Positions 1-7,460 of a stretch of 8,258 bases of DNA are shown piece by piece. The position numbers and the translations under genes are program-made. The notes beneath the pieces are model-generated. The model saw only the letters and a program-made list of their open reading frames with translations. It ran no database searches and had not been told where the DNA came from. This DNA comes from a virus. Taxonomy: Duplodnaviria; Heunggongvirae; Uroviricota; Caudoviricetes. How positions within the stretch are numbered: position 1 is the stretch's first letter; the number at the start of each line of letters is the position of its first letter. The stretch lies in IMG/VR virus record IMGVR_UViG_2563366829_000019; one strand, given 5' to 3'.

Positions 1-60
1 CGGCTTAACGATCACCAGCCCGAGTTCCGGTACCAGAACAGGTCGAAGTAATACCCGCAC
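1..60 (-). CDS. 5' end of an unidentified gene running off the left edge (first 20 codons, GTG start)
   Basis: Seen in sequence: GTG at 60..58 preceded by GGAGG at 4-nt spacing on the minus strand, 1 nt after the stop of the 92-aa gene; frame stays open to position 1. Product unknown. Confidence 0.3.
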   Translation of the reverse strand, partial: MRVLLRPVLVPELGLVIVKP

Positions 61-61
61 G

Positions 62-340
62 TTACCTCCAGATGCGTTGCTGGAATGTGCGGGACAGACG
101 CGGTGGGCGTTCGGAGTAAGGAAGCCTGACGGAGATTATCCAGTGACGGTAGTCGAGGCTAAGGGCTTTTTTAACCTCGCATCCGCGCCTGCGGTAACAC
201 TGAATGAGCCATTCGGCCTGTTCTTCAGTGCATGGGGGATGCTGGTACCAGTCTGACTTAAATGCGTGAGAATACCGCTCGTGCGTGTGGGCAAGAACGG
301 TCGAATTATCATGTTTGTAATATTTTGCGTTGCGTGCCAT
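62..340 (-). CDS. hypothetical prophage protein, 92 aa
   Basis: Complete ORF in the track with a GGAG Shine-Dalgarno 8 nt upstream of the ATG at 340..338. Same strand and tight spacing with rem-like and the next gene. No family recognised. Confidence 0.5.
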   Translation of the reverse strand: MARNAKYYKHDNSTVLAHTHERYSHAFKSDWYQHPPCTEEQAEWLIQCYRRRGCEVKKALSLDYRHWIISVRLPYSERPPRLSRTFQQRIWR

Positions 341-406
341 CGGTTTTCTCCGGTGGCACGGTGTTACTCAGCGGGAGTTCAGCCCCGCGCAAGATTGTAG
401 ATGAGT

Positions 407-658
407 TTATTCTTCTGAAAAAGCAGAAAAGCCAGCTTTTATTCCGATCTCTTTCAATACCTGTAATGAAGTGACAAACTCACCGTCGCGCAAGATAAAT
501 CCGTCCGTCACTCGGGCATCCACAAAATTAATTAACGCAGCCCCATTTTTTTGCAAACACACAATGCGGTAATGACTAACAATATTTCCATTTTCAACGC
601 ACACAGCATAGAGGCCATCTTCACAAAAAATTTTACGCAGTTCTTCGATGTTCATCAT
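407..658 (-). CDS. rem: Rem-like small prophage protein, 83 aa
   Basis: 83-aa ORF starting MMNIEELRKIF with a GGAAGGA Shine-Dalgarno upstream. It lies immediately downstream of hokD, as rem does in the Qin prophage of E. coli K-12 (recalled, not searched). Confidence 0.55.
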   Translation of the reverse strand: MMNIEELRKIFCEDGLYAVCVENGNIVSHYRIVCLQKNGAALINFVDARVTDGFILRDGEFVTSLQVLKEIGIKAGFSAFSEE

Positions 659-770
659 CAGAATCCTTCCGGATAATTAGCTCTCCCCTTTAAGGGACCA
701 TCCCTCTTATCCCTGCGCGCTACTTAAGTATTTTTGATTCTATTCCGGCACCGTCCAGAACTTCAAATGC

Positions 771-806
771 GTTGAAAATAAAAACAAAAACCCGCCGAAG
801 CGGGTT
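771..806 (-). terminator. Rho-independent terminator at the 3' end of the hok transcript
   Basis: Seen in sequence: 7-bp stem 789..795/800..806 (AACCCGC/GCGGGTT) with a 4-nt loop, followed on the minus strand by a U-rich run (plus-strand A-run 771..788). About 70 nt past the hok stop. Confidence 0.5.
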
Positions 807-845
807 AAGTGCGGGTGCGTTGAGAATGCCTGCCACATCAGAGGT

Positions 846-867
846 GGCGAGGGATTTCTCCCTCGCC
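846..867 (-). other. stable hairpin in the hok 3' UTR (fbi-like fold-back region)
   Basis: Seen in sequence: 9-bp perfect stem 846..854/859..867 with a 4-nt loop, 8 nt past the hok stop. Hok-family mRNAs carry 3' fold-back inhibitory structure. Confidence 0.4.
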
Positions 868-874
868 GGGTCTC

Positions 875-1030
875 TTACTCCTCAGGTTCGTAAGCTGTGA
901 AGACAGCGACCTCCGTCTGGCCGGTTCGGATTCGTACCTCGCAGAGGTCTTTCCTCGTTACCAGTGCCGTCACTATGACGGTTAAACAGATGACGATCAG
1001 GGCGATTAACATCGCCTTTTGCTGCTTCAT
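875..1030 (-). CDS. hokD: Hok-family type I toxin, 51 aa (HokD/RelF-type)
   Basis: Minus-strand ORF translating to MKQQKAMLIALIVICLTVIVTALVTRKDLCEVRIRTGQTEVAVFTAYEPEE, which matches HokD (RelF) of E. coli K-12 as I recall it. AAGGAGA Shine-Dalgarno 8 nt upstream. Absent from the ORF track only because it is short. Confidence 0.85.
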   Translation of the reverse strand: MKQQKAMLIALIVICLTVIVTALVTRKDLCEVRIRTGQTEVAVFTAYEPEE

Positions 1031-1086
1031 AGCCTGCTTCTCCTTGACCTTTCGGTCCGTAAGAGGCTAATCTCTATGTGTCGCAT
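1027..1086 (-). CDS. mok-like leader ORF, 19 codons, stop overlapping the hok start (ATGA)
   Basis: Seen in sequence: ATG at 1086..1084 with GAGG 8 nt upstream, translating to MRHIEISLLRTERSRRSRL, ending in a TGA that overlaps the hok ATG. Leader resembles the plasmid R1 hok/sok leader from memory. Confidence 0.4.
   Translation of the reverse strand: MRHIEISLLRTERSRRSRL
1044..1073 (+). promoter_or_regulatory. candidate sok-like antisense promoter (TTGACC, 18-nt spacer, TAATCT)
   Basis: Seen in sequence: -35 TTGACC at 1044..1049 and -10 TAATCT at 1068..1073 on the plus strand, firing antisense across the mok-like start and Shine-Dalgarno. Confidence 0.35.
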
Positions 1087-1150
1087 AGATATGGCCTCAG
1101 ATTAATGTTAAGCGTCTTGCAGGACGCGTAATGTTAACTGGGGCTTTTCT
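1080..1150 (+). ncRNA. candidate Sok-like antisense RNA (ends approximate)
   Basis: Inferred from the promoter at 1044..1073 and full complementarity to the mok-like translation initiation region (1084..1098). A GC hairpin at 1112..1127 (GCGTC/GACGC) could be part of a terminator. Ends not defined. Confidence 0.3.
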
Positions 1151-1205
1151 CTATCTGCCTTTTGGTGTTCATGCCTGAGACAGATAGCCTCAAGCACCCG
1201 CAGTT

Positions 1206-1233
1206 ATTCTACTTAACTAAGATTTCCCCGCAA
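1206..1233 (-). promoter_or_regulatory. candidate hok mRNA promoter (TTGCGG, 16-nt spacer, TAGAAT)
   Basis: Seen in sequence on the minus strand: -35 at 1233..1228 and -10 at 1211..1206, placing the start near 1200, just before a GCTTGAGGC motif that resembles the 5' end of R1 hok mRNA. Confidence 0.35.
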
Positions 1234-1288
1234 ACCGTTTTTGTCCGGCACAGTAAATATCCAACTAAACCAATGGCGTTCGCTGTAT

Positions 1289-1468
1289 TTACCGCCAGTA
1301 TTCAATGCACATGACCGCCATGAACACCCCTAAAAAAAGGGCATTTATATGTCCAAACATTAATATCAAAACATCAATTTTTTCCATATACCTTGCTGTG
1401 AAGATGATGGGCATACATGATGCGAACAACCAGAACGCAACAAACAAAAACTGCAATGCGTTTTTCAT
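1289..1468 (-). CDS. small hydrophobic membrane protein, 59 aa (72 aa from the upstream GTG)
   Basis: ATG at 1468..1466 preceded by AGGGGGAA at 5-nt spacing. Product MKNALQFLFVAFWLFASCMPIIF...LILMFGHINALFLGVFMAVMCIEYWR has two predicted hydrophobic segments. Sits in an AT-rich stretch; function unknown. Confidence 0.4.
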   Translation of the reverse strand: MKNALQFLFVAFWLFASCMPIIFTARYMEKIDVLILMFGHINALFLGVFMAVMCIEYWR

Positions 1469-1588
1469 TATTCCCCCTACAATCAATGTGCAATAACATT
1501 TAAACACACCTCAATTTGGCCGGACATATAAATATCTAAACCAGAAAAAATCACTTACATAGCGTTACAAACTCTTTAGTCTAAATAT

Positions 1589-2104
1589 TCATCGTAAAAC
1601 ATCCTCCACGCTTATCAGTCCATTTCGTTTCAGGTAATCTATCGCCTTCTCCGGTAATTTGCAGTCCGGCTGAGCTTTTTTCAGTTGACTGACCAGTCGT
1701 TTAACCCACATTGTTAATTCGCTAACCTGATTGCCGGATGCTGGTGGATTGTCGGCTTTACCCAGAATGGCAGCGCAGCAGGCCTCTCTGAGCACCCAGT
1801 CAACAGCATCCTTCCATGCTCCTGTTTCGACTGGCGGATTCTCACGCTTTACCTGTTCATAAAAGCGCACGGCTTTAACCAGTCCTTCTGATGTCACCGG
1901 GACTGGCGGGCCGATGAATAAGGCCTGAATTTCATAGTTCGGCCTGTCGTTACAATCCTCTTTTGTCGGTACATATTTCCAGTCACCAGCCCACGGCTTC
2001 CCCTGAAAGTCTGTAACGTCTTTTTTCACGTAGCGATATCGCCATGCAACTGGTTTTGCCTGCCCTGCCGTTTCATGCCCTTCCTGATAATTAATCTCGC
2101 TCAT
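1589..2104 (-). CDS. hypothetical prophage protein, 171 aa, Trp-rich
   Basis: Complete ORF. Its ATG (2104..2102) overlaps the stop of the upstream gene fragment (ATGA), indicating translational coupling in an operon. No family recognised. Confidence 0.6.
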   Translation of the reverse strand: MSEINYQEGHETAGQAKPVAWRYRYVKKDVTDFQGKPWAGDWKYVPTKEDCNDRPNYEIQALFIGPPVPVTSEGLVKAVRFYEQVKRENPPVETGAWKDAVDWVLREACCAAILGKADNPPASGNQVSELTMWVKRLVSQLKKAQPDCKLPEKAIDYLKRNGLISVEDVLR

Positions 2105-2258
2105 TCATCGCCCCACTCATCACAATATGCTTCGACCGGAGTTTTTCCTGCTTCATAATCATCACGCCATGCTTCAGCATCAGCAGCACTGCCACCACGT
2201 AACTCTGCATAGTCCATTAACAGTTCATGCCATGCTTCAAAACTGACGTTGTATTTAG
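2101..2258 (-). pseudogene. 3'-terminal fragment (51 codons) of a gene cut by IS5
   Basis: Seen in sequence: frame open from the IS5 boundary at 2258 down to TGA at 2103..2101, translating to ...KYNVSFEAWHELLMDYAELRGGSAADAEAWRDDYEAGKTPVEAYCDEWGDE. No start codon; the 5' part is missing. Confidence 0.5.
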
Positions 2259-3453
<1,195 letters not shown>

Positions 3454-3463
3454 TTAAAACACA

Positions 3464-5938
3464 ATGAGTAAAATCTTTATTTGCGCTGCTATTCCTGACG
3501 AACAGGCCATAAAAGAAGATAGCGCTGTTGCGGTGGCCACTGCCATTGAAGCCGGTGATGAACGTCGCGCCCGCGCAAAATTTCACTGGCAATTCCTGGA
3601 ACATTATCCGGCTGCTCAGGACTGCGCTTATAAATTTCTTGTTTGCGAGGATAAACCCGGCATACCCCGCCCTGCCCTCGATTCCTGGGATGCTGAATAT
3701 ATGCAGGAAAACCGCTGGGATGAGGAATCCGCTTCCTTTATTCCGGTCGAACCAGAATCCGATCCGATGAACGTCAATTTTGACAAGCTGTCCCTTGAAG
3801 TACAGAACGCGGTCCTGGTTAAGTTCGGTACATGTGAAAACATCACCGTTGATATGGCGATTGACGCGCAGGAATTACTGCAGGAAGACGTTGCTACCTT
3901 TGACGGGCATATCGTTGAAGCACTGATGAAAACGCCTGAAATTAACGCTATGTATCCGGAACGCAAACTGTTCGCTATCGGATGGGTTAAACACAAATGT
4001 AATCCGGGTGCCAAATGGCCAGAAATTCAGGCTGAATTACGTAACTGGAAAAAACGGCAGGACGCAGAGCGCAAAGAGACTGGAAAATACACGTCTGTTG
4101 TTGATCTCGCCCGCGCCAGAGTCAATCAACAGCACACTGAAAACTCAGCAGGAAAAATCAACCCAGTCACTGCCGCCATTTGTCGCGAATACAAGCAGAC
4201 ATGGAAAACGCTGGATGAAGAACTGGCCTACGCTCTCTGGCCTGGCGATATTGATACCGGAAACATTGACGGCAGCATCCATCGCCGGGCAAAAAATGAA
4301 GTTATCGACAAAGATCGCGAAGACTGGAAGCGCATTTCCGCATCAATGCGCAAACAACCCGATGCCGTTCGCTACGACCGTCAGACTATTTTTGGCCTTG
4401 TCCGTGAGCGTCCGATCGACATTCACAAAGATCCCGTAGCACTGAACAAATACATCACTGAATACCTGACTACCAAGGGCGTGTTTGAAGATGACGAAGG
4501 AACAAATCAGGGCACAGCTGGTACTCTCCCGTCACCAGTACCAGAAACTGATGCAGTGGAAACGGCAATGCCGGACAACGAAAAAACCGAATGCGAAGTG
4601 GAAGACGAACCATCTGTAGAGCGTGAGGGACCGTTCTACTTCCTTTTCACCGATAAGGACGGCGAAAAATACGGTCGCGCAAACAAACTTTCTGGTCTGG
4701 AAAAAGCACTGGCCCTGGGAGCTACGGAAATCACAAAAGAGGAATACTTCGCACGTAAAAACGGCACGTACTCAGGTTCACAACAAAATACTGGTGCATC
4801 TGACACGATCGCACAACCAGAGCCGGTAAAAGTTACCGCTGACGAAGTAAACAAAATTATGCAGGCAGCCAATATCAGCCAGCCTGACGCCAATAAGTTG
4901 CTTGCTGTATCACGTGGTGAATTTGTTGCAGGGATTAGCGACCCGAATGATCCGAAATGGGTGAAGGGGATTGAAACCCGCGATTCAGTGAATCAGAACC
5001 AGCAAGAAACGGAACAGAACGGCCAGAAAGCGGAACAAAACAGCCCAAATGCGTTACAAAACGAGCCAGAAACGAAACATCCTGAACCAGTGGCGCAACA
5101 GGAAGTGGAAAAAGTCTGCACCGCCTGCGGTCAGACCGGCGGCGGCAACTACCCTGATTGTGGCGCGGTGATGGGCGACGCAACATACCAGGAAACATTC
5201 GATGAAGAGTATCAGGTTGAAGTTCAGGAAGATGATCCGGAGGAAATGGAAGGCGCTGAACATCCACACAAGGAGAACACTGGCGGCAATCAGCATCACG
5301 ATAGCGATAATGAAACTGGCGAGACGGCAGATCACTCAATTAAGGTGAACGGTCATCAAGAAATCACATCCACCAGCAGGACGTGTGACCATCTAATGAT
5401 CGACCTTGAAACCATGGGAAAAAATCCTGATGCCCCGATCATCTCAATAGGTGCAATATTTTTCGATCCGCAAACCGGAGATATGGGACCGGAATTTAGT
5501 AAGACTATCGATCTGGAAACTGCTGGCGGAGTCATTGATCGGGACACCATTAAATGGTGGCTTAAGCAATCACGCGAAGCGCAATCTGCCATTATGACCG
5601 ATGAAATCCCGTTAGATGATGCACTGTTACAATTGCGGGAATTTATCGACGAAAACTCCGGTGAATTTTTTGTTCAGGTCTGGGGAAATGGAGCCAACTT
5701 CGACAACACGATTTTGCGCCGTTCATACGAACGGCAGGGGATCCCCTGCCCGTGGCGTTACTACAACGATCGCGATGTACGCACAATCGTTGAGCTGGGG
5801 AAAGCCATAGACTTCGATGCCAGAACGGCTATTCCATTCGAAGGTGAGCGCCATAATGCACTTGATGACGCTCGTTACCAGGCAAAATACGTTTCAGCTA
5901 TCTGGCAAAAACTGATCCCGAGTCAGGCTGATTTTTAA
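3464..5938 (+). CDS. RecE-like protein with a C-terminal DEDDh-type 3'-5' exonuclease domain (annotated in prophages as exodeoxyribonuclease VIII)
   Basis: Central region shares motifs I recall from E. coli RecE (KLLAVSRGEFVAGISDPNDPKWVKGIETRD; CTACGQTGGGNYPDCGAVMGDATYQETF). The last ~190 aa carry DnaQ-like exonuclease motifs (IDLETMG, WGNGANFD, HNALDDARY). No Shine-Dalgarno in the 10 bp between IS5 and the ATG. Confidence 0.8.
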   Translation: MSKIFICAAIPDEQAIKEDSAVAVATAIEAGDERRARAKFHWQFLEHYPAAQDCAYKFLVCEDKPGIPRPALDSWDAEYMQENRWDEESASFIPVEPESDPMNVNFDKLSLEVQNAVLVKFGTCENITVDMAIDAQELLQEDVATFDGHIVEALMKTPEINAMYPERKLFAIGWVKHKCNPGAKWPEIQAELRNWKKRQDAERKETGKYTSVVDLARARVNQQHTENSAGKINPVTAAICREYKQTWKTLDEELAYALWPGDIDTGNIDGSIHRRAKNEVIDKDREDWKRISASMRKQPDAVRYDRQTIFGLVRERPIDIHKDPVALNKYITEYLTTKGVFEDDEGTNQGTAGTLPSPVPETDAVETAMPDNEKTECEVEDEPSVEREGPFYFLFTDKDGEKYGRANKLSGLEKALALGATEITKEEYFARKNGTYSGSQQNTGASDTIAQPEPVKVTADEVNKIMQAANISQPDANKLLAVSRGEFVAGISDPNDPKWVKGIETRDSVNQNQQETEQNGQKAEQNSPNALQNEPETKHPEPVAQQEVEKVCTACGQTGGGNYPDCGAVMGDATYQETFDEEYQVEVQEDDPEEMEGAEHPHKENTGGNQHHDSDNETGETADHSIKVNGHQEITSTSRTCDHLMIDLETMGKNPDAPIISIGAIFFDPQTGDMGPEFSKTIDLETAGGVIDRDTIKWWLKQSREAQSAIMTDEIPLDDALLQLREFIDENSGEFFVQVWGNGANFDNTILRRSYERQGIPCPWRYYNDRDVRTIVELGKAIDFDARTAIPFEGERHNALDDARYQAKYVSAIWQKLIPSQADF

Positions 5939-5953
5939 TGTTCAACCCTAATT

Positions 5954-5979
5954 GCCGCTAACCGTATATAGTTAGCGGC
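5954..5979. repeat. perfect inverted repeat / hairpin GCCGCTAAC-N8-GTTAGCGGC
   Basis: Seen in sequence between the RecE-like stop and the xis-like start; 9-bp arms with an 8-nt spacer (CGTATATA). Not followed by a T-run. Confidence 0.45.
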
Positions 5980-5996
5980 GGTTATGAGATATAGCT

Positions 5997-6200
5997 ATGA
6001 GCAGCTTATTTTTAACCGAAGATGAATTGCTAATATTAACGGGCTGCAAATATGCAAGCCACCAGCGAAAATGGTTAATGGAAAACGGGCTTCCGTTCTA
6101 TACCAATCGTAGTGGCAAACCGATTGTCAGCCGGGATCTATTTACCTGCAATAAAACTTTACCACCACGCGAGGTAGAGCCGAATTTTGGTGCGATCTGA
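5997..6200 (+). CDS. small Xis-like protein, 67 aa (DUF4224-like by recollection)
   Basis: Sits directly upstream of int and its stop overlaps the int ATG (TGATG). Size, position and the N-terminal LTEDELLILTG motif fit small excisionase-like proteins paired with integrases. Confidence 0.5.
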   Translation: MSSLFLTEDELLILTGCKYASHQRKWLMENGLPFYTNRSGKPIVSRDLFTCNKTLPPREVEPNFGAI

Positions 6201-7225
6201 TGGGAAGACGAAGGAAAAATCCTGAACACGAAAAATTACCTCCAAATGTATACCCAAATAAATATAGTTATGTATGGAAACCAACATCCAGAGAATCTGT
6301 CACACTAACCGCCATCAAGGATGGTTTAGCTGCTTTATGGAAAAAGTATGAGGAAACTGTAAATAATCGCGATCGTGCAATGACATTCGGTCGCTTGTGG
6401 GAAAAATTCCTCGCCAGCGCCTGTTACAGTGACCTTAGTCCAAGAACACAAAAAGATTATCTGCAACATCAAAAAAAGTTGCTTGCCGTATTCGGTAAGG
6501 TACCAGCGGATTCCATAAAACCAGAACACATCCGTCGATACATGGACAAAAGAGGGGAGCAGAGTAAAACGCAAGCCAACCATGAAAAAAGCAGTATGTC
6601 CCGTGTTTACAGTTGGGGGTATGAGCGAGGGTACGTCAAGGCTAACCCATGTGCAGGTGTAAGTAAATTCAAGGCCAAAAACCGCGAACGATATGTAACC
6701 GACAAAGAATACCAGGCAGTATTAAGCGTTGCACCTCTTCCTGTTTTTATCGCAATGGAAATTGCCTATCTGTGTGCAGCGAGGGTTTCCGATGTGTTAT
6801 CGCTGAAATGGGAACAGATTGGAAACGACGGGATATTCATCCAGCAAGGGAAAACCGGAAAAAAACAGATAAAAGCATGGAGTCCACGATTACAGGCAGC
6901 GATCGAAAAAGCAAAACAGTTACCAAAATCTGCCTATGTGATCAGCAATCAATACGGCAACCGATATATGTACAAAGGCTTTAACGAAATGTGGGTAGAA
7001 GCAAGAAATCGTGCTGGAAAAATTTCAGGTATTTTAACCGACTTCACCTTTCATGATCTGAAGGCGAAAGGAATTTCAGACTATGAAGGAAGCAGCCGGG
7101 ATAAGCAACTTTTCTCTGGTCACAAAACCGAAGGGCAAGTGCTAATCTATGACAGGAAGGTTAAAGTTTCACCAACACTTGATGTCCCGTTACCTGAAAA
7201 TATTCCAAGAAAATATTCCAAGTAA
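6200..7225 (+). CDS. int: lambda-family tyrosine integrase
   Basis: 341 aa. Aligns by eye to the lambda Int catalytic region: Arg in ARVSDVLSLKWEQI, Lys in QGKTGKK, His in GHKTEG, Tyr in LIYDRK. The HxxR box reads H-D-L-K. Lies next to the 3' end of the tRNA. Confidence 0.85.
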   Translation: MGRRRKNPEHEKLPPNVYPNKYSYVWKPTSRESVTLTAIKDGLAALWKKYEETVNNRDRAMTFGRLWEKFLASACYSDLSPRTQKDYLQHQKKLLAVFGKVPADSIKPEHIRRYMDKRGEQSKTQANHEKSSMSRVYSWGYERGYVKANPCAGVSKFKAKNRERYVTDKEYQAVLSVAPLPVFIAMEIAYLCAARVSDVLSLKWEQIGNDGIFIQQGKTGKKQIKAWSPRLQAAIEKAKQLPKSAYVISNQYGNRYMYKGFNEMWVEARNRAGKISGILTDFTFHDLKAKGISDYEGSSRDKQLFSGHKTEGQVLIYDRKVKVSPTLDVPLPENIPRKYSK

Positions 7226-7232
7226 TTCCAAG
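7202..7232. repeat. three copies of ATTCCAAG (last two in tandem at 10-bp spacing) across the int 3' end
   Basis: Seen in sequence: ATTCCAAG at 7202..7209, 7215..7222 and 7225..7232, about 50 bp from the tRNA 3' end. Position fits integrase arm-type binding sites. Confidence 0.35.
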
Positions 7233-7277
7233 TGTGATTTTTGTCACTGACTTAATGATGTGTAAGTGATTGAATTT

Positions 7278-7367
7278 TGGCGGAGAGAGGGGGATTTGAA
7301 CCCCCGGTGGAGTTGCCCCCACTCCGGTTTTCGAGACCGGTCCGTTCAGCCGCTCCGGCATCTCTCC
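7278..7367 (-). tRNA. serU: tRNA-Ser (anticodon CGA)
   Basis: Reverse complement folds as a 90-nt class II tRNA: acceptor stem GGAGAGA/TCTCTCC, anticodon stem CCGGT/ACCGG with loop CU-CGA-AA, long variable arm GTGGGG-GCAA-CTCCAC, T-arm GGGGG-TTCAAAT-CCCCC, 3' CCA encoded. Confidence 0.9.
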
Positions 7368-7460
7368 GTTCAGATGGTTGCCATGATGCCAGGAAATTTG
7401 GCATTTTAACAGTCCCTGTCCGTGCAATTTTGTTCAAGTGACGAGTTTGCGAGCAAAACG

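Noticed and set aside
262-474. Plus-strand ORF of 70 aa spanning the gap between the 92-aa gene and rem
   Set aside because: Antisense to two minus-strand genes that have good ribosome-binding sites; no start context of its own.
1030-1290. Searched for relB/relE upstream of hokD, as in the K-12 relBEF operon
   Set aside because: No frame in 1030..1590 on either strand gives RelE- or RelB-like sequence as I recall them; the region holds a hok-type leader instead.
1305-1496. Plus-strand 63-aa ORF (MHMTAMNTPKK...)
   Set aside because: Low-complexity, AT-rich translation antisense to the membrane-protein gene. More likely an AT-rich artefact, though an antisense RNA is not excluded.
3464-3466. 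Possibility that the RecE-like gene is N-terminally truncated by IS5
   Set aside because: The frame is open only 2 codons upstream of the ATG before a TAA in the flanking 4-mer, so the ATG at 3464 is the only usable start. Kept as a caveat in the findings.
3528-5810. Nine overlapping ORFs within the RecE-like gene on both strands (from 3528..3770 to 5616..5810)
   Set aside because: All are embedded in a long ORF with recognisable motifs. They are alternative-frame or antisense artefacts of a 2.5-kb coding region.
6335-6984. ORFs 6335..6583 (-) and 6772..6984 (+) inside int
   Set aside because: Embedded in the integrase coding sequence; no ribosome-binding site or family resemblance.
7278-7367. 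Other identities for the long-variable-arm tRNA (Leu, Tyr, Sec)
   Set aside because: The 7-nt anticodon loop CU-CGA-AA gives anticodon CGA (reads UCG, Ser), and the acceptor and T-arm fit tRNA-Ser.
7161-7437. Minus-strand ORFs 7161..7427 and 7252..7437
   Set aside because: They run through the tRNA-Ser gene and the int 3' end; the tRNA fold explains this sequence.
7422-7460. N-terminal extension of mtfA ([13 protein letters not shown]) given by the ORF track
   Set aside because: The product matches MtfA from the internal ATG at 7461 (MIKWPWK...), giving the expected 265-aa protein. The extension also runs toward the serU promoter region.
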